The notes under the pieces were generated by a model that was not told the DNA's origin, ran no database searches, and saw nothing but the letters and a program-made list of their open reading frames with translations. A stretch of 64,000 nt of DNA from Strigamia acuminata (taxonomy: Eukaryota), in NCBI GenBank assembly GCA_949358305.1, contig OX442314.1:10230001-10294000 (forward strand). The letters run 5' to 3'. Positions 47,201 to 61,044 of this stretch are shown piece after piece; within the stretch, counting starts at the first letter, position 1, and each line of letters starts with the position of its first letter. Position numbers and translations under genes: made by a program.

Positions 47201-50200
47201 TCAAATTAAAAAAAAAATATTAAATTTAATTTTTTGTTTAAAATTTATTGAAATTCTTTTATAGGCAAATAACAGCGAAATGTTATTGGAGGTCCAACTT
47301 GCGCGGCACAAATTTGCGAATAAATGCGACTCGAAACAGATGCAATTGCTGAAAGAAAAACAAGATTTGGCGAACAAAATGGCGCAAATTAGCGCACAGG
47401 TGAGTTTTTCCTTTTTTATGTGTAAATTTAAAAAAAGACTCAAATTTTTTTCTCTCCCAAAGAGCGAGGACGCGCAAGGAAGCGTTCGAATTGCGGAAGA
47501 AGAGAACGATTGTTATTCCGTACAAGTGAAGCATTTACTCGACAAATTGGGCGATGCGGAACATCAGCAACTGATTGCAGGTTCATTTATTTGTGTTTTT
47601 TTTATTTAATTGTGGGTTGTTTAATCGAATTTGTTGTTTGTTTTAGGAATAATTCACGCGCTGGAGCTGGAAAATAATGTTTTGAAGGAACAAAATACGG
47701 TTTTGCAGAAACAATTAATTTATAACGACGCGGAACGACCGAATAAAGGTATAAAAAGAGGTTTGTCACGCATGAATTACGAGTTTAATGCCGGGGAAAA
47801 CCGAGTTTTTTTTTTAATTCAGAAAAAAAAGTGTAAAAAAATATTTAAATTTTAAATTTATTATTATTTGTTAGGCTCGGTCGACGATGAACGACGAATT
47901 TGGCGATCTGCGAGTGCGGAGAGATCGGAGGAGGGAAACCAACAGGTAAAATTGAATTTTTTTATTGTTTTTTTATTTATTTTTATTTATTTTTATTTTT
48001 TTTTTACAATTAATTTTTATTTTTTTTAGGTTATGTTCGAATTTGATGAATTCGAGACTTCGTCGGTGATGTCGTCGTATTCGGAATTGTCTCAAAAGAA
48101 TAAGGAATTGGACGAGCAGTTGCAGACGTTGCAGTCGCAGATCGACTCGCACGAGCGGGACATCGAGCACTTCGAAATGGTGAAAGCCGATTGGCAGGTG
48201 GAGAAAGAGGCGTTCGGATCGCTCTTGGAGCGAATGAAAAATCAACTCCGAGCTAAAGAATCGTCGTTTTCCGTAGTAACCGCTCAAAAAGTAATTTATT
48301 TCGTCGAGATATATTTTTTTTTTTTGGGGAACTGAAATTTTAACGATTTTCAGGGTTTATTGCAAGTTAAAAAGCAAATGCCGCGCGAACCTGGTGGCGG
48401 CGAAACGAACTTTGTGTCCGAGTTGGAAAGATTGCAGGAGCAGATCGAGGAATTGAGTCAAAGCAGCGTCCATGTTGAGAAAGAACGCGACCAGCTTCTA
48501 ATTGAAAAGGTTTTTTTATCTTTAAAAAATTAAAATTAAATTTTTTTTAATTAAATATAATTTTTTTTTGTTTTAAGGAACACATGGCGGACGATTTGTA
48601 CGAAGCGAATAAGCTGAGCGACAGTTTAAAGGAGAAATTACGTCAATACGAAGGCGACGAGGCGGACAAACAAGCGCAAACGATCGAGGAATTGGAGGAA
48701 AGCGTTTCCAAGTTGACGACTGAACGCGACAATCTGAACAGCAGTTTGGAGGAACTCGATAAACAACATCAAACGGCTGTTGGTACTTTTAAAGCGAATT
48801 AAATGGCGTGAAATCGGTTTTGAAATGGAATTTTTCGACGTTTTTCTTTTCCCAGAACAAATTTTGGAGTCGAGGGGCGAACTGCAGAGTAAATACAAAC
48901 AAAACCGGGAAGAATTGCAAGTTTGCCTCGCCCGCGTCGAGGAACTGCGAGCGGAAATGGGAAAAAAGAACGATAAACTGCAGGAAATGGACTCGATTCG
49001 CGACCAACTGCGCGCGGCCGAAGCCGAACTCGAAAAATCCAAAACCCGAAACACCGAAACGGAGGAAAAGGGAACGGAAATCGTGAACCGAATCGTATCG
49101 CTGCTGGTACCCGATTCCGAAGAGGTTCCGCCGAGCGAATTGGTTTCGTACGTCGAGAAAAAGGCGGAGGAACTTCGGCAAGTCGCAATCACCGCCGAAG
49201 AAGAGAAAAACCGACTGAAAATCGACTTGGAGAGCGTGGAAACGAGCAAAACTCGAACGGAACACGAGCTGGAGTGCGCGAAACAGGCGCTGGAAGCTCT
49301 GCAGACGGAATTTGCGCGCGCGAAAGAAGATAAAACACGCTCCGAGTGGGAAATGGAGTCGTGGGAAGACATCGTGGACGAGACGACGGAGAAAAACGGA
49401 CGGGAAAACAGCCTGATCAAGTCGACGACCAAGTTACAAGACATGGAGTTGGAGTCAACCAGTTCGAAACACAGCAAGGACAGCAGCGACGACGGACAAG
49501 AGAAGTACGGGGAACTCGTGCAGCGGAAGGAGGATTTGGAAATCCAGGTGAAAGAGCTGGAAACGCGGGTCTGCGAGTTGACGGAACGACAAAAGTCGCT
49601 TTCGGAAGCGGAAAACGACGACCAAACGCTGAAATCGGAGCTGGAGTCGGCGCTGGAAGACGCGCAAAAGTGGAAATCAAACGCCGAGAAATTGTCGAAC
49701 GAAATCGAGGCCGTGAACAACATCCTGAAGGTGTACAAGGAGAACATCGACTTGGATAAAATGTCGGATTCGGCCGAGAGAATGAAGGAGTTGCTCAGAG
49801 AGAAGGAAGCGGAAGTGGAAAAGCTGCGCGACGAGTTGTCCGCGAGCAAAAAGACGGAAGTTTGGTGGTCCGAGGCCGAGTTTCGCAATTTGCAGCACGA
49901 GAGGGAGCAAATCCTGTCCGTTTTGGACGAAAAGTCGCGCCAAAACAGCTCGCTCAAAGCGGAAGTGCACCGACTGACGAGCATCGTGTCCGCCGAACGT
50001 TCGGCGCTCGAGAAACTGCAAGAAGACACGCGCCAACTGCTGCGCGAGAAGGAAATCCGACAGGCCGAGGCGTCGCACTCGAGCAAAGAGGCGATGCAGA
50101 GCTTCAATCGCGTCGTGCGCGACAGAGAACTGGAAATCGAAGCGCTGAGCCAGAAAAACGACACTTTGATCGCCATTTTGCACGAGTCGCCGAGCGAAAA

Positions 50201-53200
50201 CGCCGACAAAGACAGCGGCGAGCGACTCGAGGCGCTCCTGACCGAACGGGGCGATCTGAGCAAACAAATCGGCGTCCTGAGCAGCGAAAGGGCGCAATTG
50301 GTCGCCGCTTTGACGCAGAAACACGAGGAGAGCGTCGCGTACCACGCGGAAATCCAGCGGCTGAGCGCAGCCCTGCACGGCGAGCACGAAAAGTCGTGCA
50401 ATTTGGAACTGCAGTGCGGGAGCGTGGCGAAGCAGTACGAGGAGAAGCAGAAGACGCTGATAAAGGCGCAGGAAGAGCTTATTGGCTGGAAGGAAAGGGT
50501 CGGCGAGTTGGAGCAGCGAGTGATGGAACTGAAGGAGAGAATGGCGGAGTTGATGGCGAAGGAGGAAGGGGAAGTCGTGTCGATTTCGAGGCGCGATTTG
50601 ACGGTGAAGGAGGAGGAGTTGGAGAGATTGAGGAAGGCGAGTGCGGAGAAAGACGAGTGGTTGTTTGAGAAGGATAAGTTGTTGAGGGAGCTTCAGCAGA
50701 GGTTGGAGAGGGCGTTGGTGGAGTGCGGGAGGAAGGAGGAGGAGGTTGGCGGGTTGAAGAGACACGTGGAGAGCTTGGGTGTGCAGATTGGGAGCGTTAG
50801 GGAGGAGTTGGGGAGGAGTTTGAAGGGACAGGAGGTGGATAGAGAGAGGGTGGAGGATGCGACGAGTGAGGCGAATGTTTTGAAGGAGACGAATAGTCGG
50901 TTGTGTTTGGTTGTGCAGGAGAGGGAGTTCGAGATTACGGCGCTGAAAGAAAAGGTGATTTATTTGTTTGTTTCTTCAATTTTTCTTTGTTTTCTCCGTT
51001 TTTTCCCCATTTTCTTCAATATTTTTTATATTTTCTTCGATATTTCTAGAATTTCTCTTCAATTTCTTCTAATTTTCTTCAATTTTTCTTTATTTTCTTC
51101 AATTTTTTTTTATTTTCTTCAATTTTTCTTCATTTTCTTCAATTATTTTGATTATTTTTTTGGTTTTTTTTAAATTTATATCGATTTGTTTTTGTAGGTT
51201 GTGACTTTAACTCGAGTTGTCGAACAGCAATCGCAAAGCGATTCGAACAACCCGGAAGAAATGAAACGTCTGTTGAAAGAAAGCGAGGCGATGCAATCGA
51301 AAGCTCAAGAATTCCAGCAAGAAAGAGACCAAGCTATGATGGTGGTCAATCAAAAACAACAAGAAAACAAACAAATCAATAGCCAGGTATTTTTCGTATT
51401 AAACAAACTCAACTCAACTCAACCAACAATTTTTGTACCAATAGTTGCACAGTTTACGCGAAAGGGAAGAAAAACTACACCACGAGCTGGAACGTCTTCG
51501 CATACATCTGCTGCAAGTTGAGGAAAGCTACACGCACGAGGCGATTCACGCCGAGGACCGCGAAAAGGAACTCCGCAATCGCTTGGCCCAAACCGAAGAT
51601 CGCATCCGGAATACCGCATCATCGTACACGAATGCGAGGTGACAAAATTGAAATAATTCAAAAAAATCTGAAAAAAATTCGGAAAAATCTGAAAAAAATT
51701 CGGAAAAATCTGAAAAAAATTCGGAAAAATCTGAAAAAAATTCGGAAAAATCTGAAAAAAATTCGGAAAAATCTGAAATATTTAGAAAAATCTGAAAAAA
51801 TTTAGAAAAATCTGAAAAAACTCAAAATTCTGAAAACGATTGGGACTAATTCCACTTCAGATGAAGTGTAAAGTGGCCATTCCGTAAAAAAAAAAGTTGA
51901 AATTAAACAAATTCAATCTTTTCAGTTTCCAAGCCAACGTGCAAGTCGAGTCCCTACAGCAGCAGCTACACGTCGTGGCGAAACAACGCGACGACGCTCT
52001 ATTGAAGCTCGACCGAGCCGAAGATCAACTCCAACAACTCACCGCGTCACTTCAAACATTTCAAGTCGTTTTAGAGCAATTCCAACAAGAAAAAGAACGC
52101 GATCTCTCCGTCTTACGAAACCAACACGAAGAAAAGATGAAATCCGAACTCCGAACGCGACAACAACTCGAATACCAGACCCAAACCCTTCAAGTACGAC
52201 CCGAAACTGCCAAAAACGCCCCAAAAAAAACGACTAATCCAAACCTAACTCTTTCCAGCACAAATTGGAGGAAGCCAAAGAAGCTTTGGCGGCCGCTTCG
52301 CGTCTTAGTGAAACCCTCGACCAAAGAGATGAAGTTATAACTTCATTGAAGCGCGAAGGTGAGCCGAATAGGACGAAAATCGCGCTCGAAATAATGTTTA
52401 AAAATGTGAACATTTGCTTTAGCTTGCTGTTGTTTGATGCGTTGGGTGTTGGCCAAATATCAGCTGATAGTCTTGGGCATGTCTGGAACAACCCAAGAAT
52501 CAGCCTGATATTCAGCAACTGCCCGACTGAACCTCGTGTTTGACGATTAATTAGTTTTAATTTAATTATAAAAAATATTTTTTTTATTCGTTTTATTCTA
52601 AATTTACCTGTCTTTTCGGTGGCCTCATTAACCCACCCTACCTACCGCCAGGGTTGCACGCATTACCGCAATTTGGTAACTAGTTATCGTTATTTACTCA
52701 AAAAAGTAACTAGTTACTACTCGTTATCGTTACATTACCGTTAGATAATTTAAATGTCGTTGACGGAATTAGTTAATAGTTAATTAACTACAATTAGCGT
52801 GCAACCCGGGCTAACGTAGTCTCTGTTTGTCCGCGCATGATTAGCCTTTGTTTATTTTTATACAGAATTGTCTTTTTTTTCGGGTTTTTTATTTTATTTT
52901 TTGTTTTTATTTTCATTTATTTTTTCCATTTATTCAGTTCTACTAATGGGGTCGCATGGCATTTGTTTAATCTCATTTGGTAACACTGAGTGTAGCTGTT
53001 ACCTCAGATTACCACGTGAGGTTTAACGAGTACCATGGATATGCAATTAACCACTTCCGCAAGAAAATTTTTATTTATTTTTTGTATTTTTCTGTCTTGA
53101 TTTGATTATTATGTTTTAGTATTTTTTTAATTATCTTTTTATCGATAATACGCATGTCTTAGTTCGTTTTGATTAATATTTTGTCGTTTTAACACGCATG

Positions 53201-54704
53201 ATTTGATCGATTTTTGATATTTCAGTTAAATTTGTTGATGTTCACTTAGGATTTGATTTGCATGTTGTGGTCTGGTGTTGAGTATTACATCAGGTATTGG
53301 TGAGCATGCCCAACCAGTACTTATGTGATATTCGACCACTGGCTACAAACGAACAGCTAAAACTGACAACTGTTTATCAACGCATGATCCACTAAACTAA
53401 TCGCATGTAAAATTGAGTTGTTTTTACGTGCAGTTTTGGTATATCCTTTTTGTTTATGAAATTTTTTATTTTTTTTTATTTTTATTTTTTGATGTTTTTG
53501 AATTTATTGATTTATTTTGTTTGGATTTTTTTTTTTTTTTTAGTTTCTGATCGCGAAGGGTCGCTGAAAAAAATTGAAGAAGAAATGCGAAGAGTCGCGA
53601 GTAGCACGGAAGGAAAAGTTGACAGGTGGATTGATGATTTGATTTAAATTTTTAAAATTTTAATCTTGTATTTTTTTTTGTAGGTCGATTATAAAGAATT
53701 TATTGGTTAATTACTTCGGCATTCCTCCGCGACAACAGCCGCAAGTGTTGAAAATTATCGCCACGGTTCTTGATTTTAATTACGAAGAACGGGTTAAGGT
53801 GTTGTGATGTTTTGCGCGATCAAAATTAATGGTTTTTGGTTAATTTGGTTTTTTTTTTTTAAAGACTGGTTTAGAAATGAGTTCAACAGGTGGTTGGATG
53901 TCGAATTGGTTAGGCCAAAAACCTGCTCAAATGACTGGGGCCAAACAGAGGAGTTCAACGAACCCAGTGCCAGTAAATATACGAATTTTTGTTTTTTTAA
54001 GTTTCTTTATAGAAAAAAATGGACATTCATATTGTAAAAATGCATTATTGCATATGTAAATGCATTTTTTAAGTAAAGGAGTTGCTCTTTTAGATGAAAA
54101 ACTGCATTTTTAGTGCAATAATGATCTTTTTCTGCATTTTTTTGTGCATAAATGGTCATTTTCTGCATTTTTTTGTGCATAAATGGTCATTTTCTGCATT
54201 TTTAAGTGAAAATCGGTCCTTTTTTGCATTGTTTATGTGCAAAACGGCCTCATTCTGCATTATTAAGTGCAAAACGGTTATTTTTTTGCAATGTATGTGC
54301 AATTATGATCATTTTCCTGCATTTGTATGTGCAAAAATGGTCGTTTACCGACTTGTTAGGCGAACACAAGTAATTTGAACTTTGTTTTTCAGTCTCTCTC
54401 CGCGGCTTTCATCCAGTTCCTGGAAACTGAATCGCGCCCGACCTTCACCATGAAACTGCCGGCCGAGTCCATGGCCCTTGAAATAACCCGTAAAAGCGAG
54501 CACAAACCAATCAACCCAGTCAACCCGTTTAACCCGTTCGCGCTACCGCCCGTTTCGTCGTCGATCAACCCCAAAAAAACATCGGAAACCGATTCCTCTC
54601 ATCTCCTTATGAAGCCCATGACGTCAACCCTACCCATCTTCACGCCTCTGCCAGTCTCCAGTGCATCTCCCAGCTTTCTCCGTGACGTCCTAAAAGACGA
54701 ATGA
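39978..54704 (+). CDS. TRIP11: Golgin GMAP-210 / thyroid receptor-interacting protein 11, multi-exon
   Basis: N-terminus MSWFREVGGGISSITTQLTNLTKEVIAEG, long coiled-coil exons, LERLRIHLLQVEESYTHEA, the GRAB domain KVDRSIIKNLLVNYF..IATVLDFNYEER, and GA1 SLSAAFIQFLETES. Confidence 0.9.
40545..41030. repeat. Intronic minisatellite, about 20 bp unit (GGCCTAAAATTGAATTTTCT / GGCCTAAAATATGTTTTTTT)
   Basis: Many tandem copies in a TRIP11 intron. Confidence 0.85.
43140..43680. repeat. Intronic minisatellite, 20 bp unit (AAAACATTAGAAAATRTGVT)
   Basis: About 25 tandem copies. Confidence 0.9.
46000..46915. repeat. Intronic minisatellite, about 40 bp unit with higher-order structure (CATATTAAGTTAATTTTATGTCTAAAATTTGCATTTTTGAG)
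   Basis: Repeated unit with a periodic GGATAAAAGT..GTTTAAAAATAG variant. Confidence 0.9.
52649..52809. mobile_element. hAT-like MITE in a TRIP11 intron
   Basis: CAGGGTTGCACGC ... GCGTGCAACCCGG inverted ends. The 8-bp flanks CCTACCGC and GCTAACGT match at 5 of 8 positions, consistent with a degenerate TSD. Confidence 0.6.
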
Positions 54705-55046
54705 AACGAAACGAAAACGCGAAAAATTTCGTTTCGTTTTTCGCCCTGATAGATTTTTATATTTTATTTGATGAAAGATACTCGTGGACGAACACAGAAG
54801 CGTCGTAATTCATTTCTTTATTAGTTTATACCGTAATGAGAATATTTATTTGTAATCTATATAAATAAAAATGAAAAATAAAAATTATGTACAAACAACG
54901 GTTCGTTTTATCAAAAGAAATTGGTTCGTTTCACAACCGACAAATTTGAAGTTGATGACTATATAATAATAATAAAAATAGTTGTTTGATTTGATATAAA
55001 TAAGGGCCAACCGGTCAGAAGTGAGGGTTTGTGCGGGTTTGTTTGG

Positions 55047-57301
55047 TCATAAAACTATGCAGCCGAAATTGAAGTCGGTGCCGTCGCGTTGGCGGTGGTT
55101 GGATCGCACCTGCGATTCTTTGACGTATAAATCGTACTGTCTGTCCTGCTCCATGGAAGCCATGATTTGCTCGACTCGAGCGGGAATTTCGATCGATTCT
55201 GCGCACTCCATGCAACAAGCCCAGTGCTGGAACGGCACGCACGTGTTGCCCAGGTAAGGGTTCTTAAATGTGAATACTTTGTAGCCTGGAAAAGGAAGAG
55301 GAATTAATTTACCGGGTTTAAGTGAATAATTAAAGATTTGATGTTAATCAGTGACGCATTAAGTGTTCAAAAGGTCCAGTTTTGCCTAAAGATGCATTTT
55401 CATTTCTAAAAAAGATATAGTTTGCCTAAAAATTCATTTTCACGTCTAAAAAAAACCAATTTTTACATAAAAATGCATTTTACACGTCTAAAAGAAGCCA
55501 ATTTTTGCATAAAAATGCAGTTTCACATCTAAAAAAAGCCAATTTTTGCATAAAAATGCATTTTCACGTCTAAATAAGGCCCAGTTTTGCATAAAAATGC
55601 ATTTTCACGTCTAAAAAAAGCCAGTTTTTACTTAAAAATGCATTTTACACGTCTAAAAGAAGCCAATTTACGCATAAAAATGCATTTTCACGTCTAAAAG
55701 CAGCCAATATTTGCCTAAAAATGCATTTTTTTAGCGAAAAATTAATCGCAAGTTTTTTTATATTCAAACCTGCATTTTTTTCAATGATTATGACCTTTTT
55801 TCACCTAAAACGACCCCAGGTACGAAAATTTCATAATGCACCACTGAATTTAATCGGTCGAATATTTTACCAGGTTCGTTTTGCAGTTTGGCGGTGTTAC
55901 AATTCGCGCACAAATTGAAGTTTGAATACGAATCGGAAATATAATCCTTCAACATCTGCGCTACTTCGATACACTCGAAGAAATTGACTTTCGACGCTAT
56001 AACCGTCTTGGCGGCGAGGAATTGAAGGGAATGTGGAGCGATTAGGCATTGCTGGTGCGCCGAACTCTCGACAAACAGTATCCGATCGTTGACATCCGTG
56101 TGGTACCACATAAATGTCGCCTGAAATCACAAATTTCATTTTCGGCACAAATTTTAATTATTTTTATTATTTCGTCGTTTCAACCTTGAAATAATTGTGG
56201 TTTCCATGGCGATGGACAGTCTGCAAACTGGGAATTTGGAGCAAAAAGCCTGGCAAAGCATCGAGCAGATTGTTGTCCAGTAAAAGCGTGTTTAGTCGTG
56301 AGCAAAACGTGAGTGTAAACGGAATGGAATTGTTTTGCAATTTGTTATTGGTTAAAGCTAGGTGTTCCAGTTTCGTTAACCGGCCGATGTCGGGTGGGAT
56401 TGTTTCTAGGTAATTGTATTTTAGAGACAGGTGGCGCACGTTGGGGCACTTGAATAACTGGAAATGGAATTTGAGGTTTAGATAGAATGTTTTGGGTATT
56501 GATTTTGTGTTTGTACTTCTCTTGGAAGAACGCCCACTTCACCGTATTGGAAAATACTGTCTAGATGGAGTTCAACGAAAGCGTACATGTTGAGGTATTT
56601 ACTCAGCAAGGTTTCTGGAAAGAAGAAGTACAATTTATTTGTGCAATTTAGCGGACTGTGCACTTTTGGAACCTGTATTGCATTTTTTAACAGAAAAATT
56701 CTATTTTTCGTAAATTTTCACCTACGCACATGCATTTGAGCAGTTAAAAATTGTCCAAAAATCAATTTTATGCCAAAAAAGGTCAATTTTGAGCATAAAT
56801 GCGCATTTGTACATTTAGAGGGATCCATTTTTCACCTAAATGCACGCAGGAAGGTAAAAATTGTCCCTTTATCGAAAAAAATTCAAATTTTACTCTAAAA
56901 AGTACATTTTTGCACAAAAAAACTCCATTTGTTGCCCAAAAATGCATTTTCTATTGTGTCCTTTCTACCACAACTCAATCACACCTCCATTTCGTTTATA
57001 AGCGAGAACTTCTTGCGTCAATTCTCTTCTTACAAAATCCCAAAACCTGTCTTTTGTCTCTGATATTGTGATGGCAAGGTACCATAAATCCGGTGGAATT
57101 TCCTAGAAAAAAAAGCGAAATTTTACTACATCAAATTCAATCGAAACGGGTTTTGCTCGTGTGGTCGGACTGTGGTCTTACCCCGGCCGTGTACAGATGT
57201 TCGCCTTTCACGGCTCTTTCCTTCAATTCGTGCCACAATTTGACATTTTGCGTCACTTTTCTCAACAGCAGCAACTCATAGCAATGAAACACAACGCTCA
57301 T
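55047..57301 (-). CDS. LRR protein with BC-box-like motif, Cys-rich C-terminal module and CaaX end (LRRC58/LRRC69/LRRC28-like architecture)
   Basis: Six exons reconstructed: MSVVFHCYELL.., LRRs (RHLSLKYNYLETIPPDIGRLTKLEHLALTNNKL), SLQFLAAKTVI, CANC..PFQHWACCMEC and terminal GCIVL*. Confidence 0.8.
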
Positions 57302-57742
57302 CGGACAACTTCTGATTTGTTATTCCACCTTTGTACTGCCGGGCATCATTTCAACAAACCGTCAAAACCGCTTCTAATCGCTACGCCTTTCCTTTCGATT
57401 GCGAGTTAATATCGATCATACCACTGCTAATAGTCAGCAACGTTTGCTGTTTTTTATTATGCTCGTCAGATGGCGAATAACGCTCGTTAGTAATTTTCCG
57501 TAATTGAATCGAATTAAAAATAAAGTATTATTAAATTAATTCTTTATTTCATGATTTATGTAATACGGATATAAATGTTTTACATTTTAAGTTGATTAAA
57601 ATCGATGGATTTGGTCGGGCCAAAATCAAAATGCCGAAGCCATGAAGCGTCGGAGCTGACGTAACGAAAAGTTTGTTGTTTTTACGAGTTTACATGTCAA
57701 ATTGATGTTACTTTTTGTGTTTTTACGTGTTAAAACAACACG

Positions 57743-60700
57743 ATGGCTTTTTTGTTAACTACAATTCAATTTTGGACGTTAAAGTCTGCTTTGCAAATCA
57801 AAGGTGATTTTATTTGAGTTTGTTTATGATTTTTTTTTAAAAATAATATATTTTTATGGTTTGTTTCAGATTCGGATGTCGGTTGTGGCGCGTATCACGA
57901 TAAAGGAGAAACTGGTTTAAAACACTTGAATTTTAACATATTTTTTAATGTTTAACGTGTTTTTTTTTTTCAGGGGATCAAGTTTATTACGAAGAAAAGA
58001 AGAATTACACGGAAAGCAGAGGATTTCTGTGGAATTTACCGAATAAACGACCGGAAAAATTGCGAGATGCATTGAAGGAACTTGAGGAATTATTTACAAC
58101 GAGTAGATGCTTACGCTTGGAATGGAAAAATCAGTTTACAATTCAATTGGTGTTCAGCAATTCGATTTTTGTGTACATTTTCATCAACTCCGAAACTGGA
58201 GACATCGAGAAAATCTCGTTCGATAAATATCTCGTTGGGAAAATTCATTCGGATCATATTGTAGACGGTAGAAATTTGTTTATCGATGTTGGGAAAATTT
58301 TAAATTGATTTGTTGATGTTTGTTTCAGTTGTATCGAGCTCCGATGGGATTATATTCTCGTACGTCGAGCCGAAATTGATCCGAATTCAATTTAATAAAA
58401 AGCCGTCGATGGAATTGAATAAGAAAATCGAAAAATTGAGCGCCGTTGATCCGAAAGTATTGAAAAAAAATCGATATTTTATTCAATTTAATGTTAAAAT
58501 AATTTTTTTTTAAATGAAATTAGGTGACAAGTTTGGATTTACTCGGTCCAACCGGTCGACGATTGGAAAGAAAATTATCTAGGAGTTTTAATAACGATTT
58601 TGTGAATATCAGAAAAGAGATTTATTGATTTATTTTATTTTCATTTAATAATTTTCAGTTGCTCGTGTGGTGGCGCGTGTCAAACAACGAAGTGTGGCCG
58701 TGGACGCCACTGACCATCGAAAAAGAGCGCGCCAATCTGCAAGTTTATACGATTAATGGGTGAATTAATCGAATTAAATAAATTATTCAGTGTTTTTAAT
58801 TCAAAAAATGCTTTTTTAGATCCAAAATCGAACTCGCTTGTTATTGTCGCACAGAAACCGAACCGTTAATGGCCAAGTTTAGCCAGTTACACACTCATCA
58901 CATTGTTACGGTCGAGTTAAAATCGACTCACAAGGGTGAAATCTCCATCGAACGATGCATTTACGAAGTTACGACGACCAAGGTTGAATTTTCGTTCGAT
59001 TTTCGTGCGAAATGTAGTAAAAATTCGATTTATTTCAGTTGCAGAGAGTCGCGTGCACGTCCATTCCATTAAAAAGCAACGCGGTCTGCCAAGCACATAA
59101 TTCCCAAGAAGACCGCTTACTATTAGGATGCGAAGATTGTTCACTCGTAAATTTATTCATTTTTATTATTTTAATTTAATTTGATTTGATTTAATTAATT
59201 TCTTGAAGGTTTTATTCGACGATTATCGACAAGTGACGCAAACGACGAAATTAAATTTCGTAAATTCTAAATTGACTGGAAATTGAGACTTTTAATGGAC
59301 GTTGTGATTGAATTCCAGGTACCGTCCATCATTTCGTGGCATCCTAACGACACAATAGCACTCGTGGCGAGCGGTTACGGACATATTCAGTGCTTCGATC
59401 AATCGTTAAACAACATAAAATTGCAGATCTTATCGGAATACGAATCGACGCCTTCGCCATATCTGGATTTAACTCATTATTTCCAGTAAATATTTAACAT
59501 AATCGTCAAAAAATTAAAAAAATTAATAAAATCCTGTGTAGATATCAACCGACGTTGACGAAAATCGTTTGGAATCCAACGCAAACAACTGCTACAGATC
59601 ATTCGCCAATTGACCGAGCCATTTTAGTGTTCGATAGGTAGTAAAAATGAGAAAAAATTAATCTTTTTTTGTGTTTTTCACATTTTTGTATTTATTTTCA
59701 GGGGTTCGTTGGCGTGTTTACAGTTTGGATTGGGAGTTTTGAGCCACGGATGTCTCACGCCGGTCGAATTGATTTCGCATTATATTAAACACAGGCAGCT
59801 GGATGAAGCTGTTGGTTTGTTGAGCAGTTTAAATTGGAATACGGACAGCCAAACGTGTTTCTATTGCTTGACGTTCATCGTTAATCATCTGTTGCGGATG
59901 CCGTTTACGAGTGCGGTGGATGGTAATTGGATAATTGATTGGTTTTGACGGTTGATTGCGAGATGCGGTTGTTTTCAGCTCAATTGGAAGCTTCTCTCGG
60001 CTCGTTTTATGCACCGATACGTCCGTTGAATAAGGTGGTCATTCTGGAATATCGCGAACGGCTCGGGAATTTGGCGAGGAAGTTTTTCCACCATCTTTTG
60101 AGACATGAGAAATTGGAAAAGGCGTCGTTATTAGCGGTTGATATTGGTTGCAGGGATTTATTTCGAGTAATTGGGCACCTAAGAAAATTATTTTTTAATT
60201 ATTTACTTTAAAAATGAATTTTTTGTATTTTTTCGCAGGATCTGTACTACATGGCGGTTGCTAAGGGCGACAATATTGTCGCCGAAGTTGCCTTGAGAAA
60301 TGCCAAGGAACTGGAAGAGATGACCGTCACTTCCGGTGAATCAATATTTGTCTCCCTTTAAGTCGTATTCGTTAAATCGTCCAATTTTGACAGAGGAAAG
60401 TGGCGATTCTCACGACGACGAATCGGATGGAAAAAGCGAATGCTCCGATTCCTCATCCAGCAGTGTCTACAGCGACGTCAATCACAATCGAAAACAGCAA
60501 CCGATTCTCGTTGCAAACGGCCAAAAACATCACCCAGTTCGTCAACAAGTGAACAGAGTACCAAAAAAATTAATTAGTTACGAAGTAATCACATTTTTTG
60601 AAATTTCTGAATTTTTTTAAAGCAAATTCCGTCCGTACGATCGGCGACGATCGTCCCAACTTCGGCCACTTCGTTGCATTTGCATTCAAATGGCGATGAT

Positions 60701-60934
60701 TCATCCAGACAAAGTCAATTCCGTCCGTACACTCATTTAACTGCCACGGCCGATTTGTCGTTACTCAGTTTAAAACCGAGTATCGATCCGAACGAAGAGT
60801 TCGTCGACGGGTAAATAAAAATGTCGAAATTTTTATTTTTTGTGGAATTTTTTCATTATTTTCTACTTTTAAACAGCGATTCCGAAGAAGAGGTGGCGGG
60901 GACAGTCAAAGTCGTCCATTTTGGTATCGTTTAA
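57743..60934 (+). CDS. WDPCP: WD repeat-containing planar cell polarity effector (fritz), multi-exon
   Basis: FWTLK..DSDVG..YHDK, NKRPEKLRDALKELEEL, VWPWTP..ERANL, LEASLGSFYAP, FFHHLLRHEKLEKASLLAVDIG.RDLF and the C-terminus KVVHFGIV*. Confidence 0.92.
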
Positions 60935-61044
60935 AATGAAAACGAGGTTGTAGTGTTTATATAATGGTTTTATATAGTTTTCTATGCATTTTTTTGTATT
61001 TTATCTATTTTTAAAATTTTTTTACGATAAAATCGGGTTTCTTA

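Noticed and set aside
48638..50765. Long minus-strand ORFs (587 aa and 362 aa)
   Set aside because: They are antisense shadows of the GC-rich coiled-coil exon of TRIP11.
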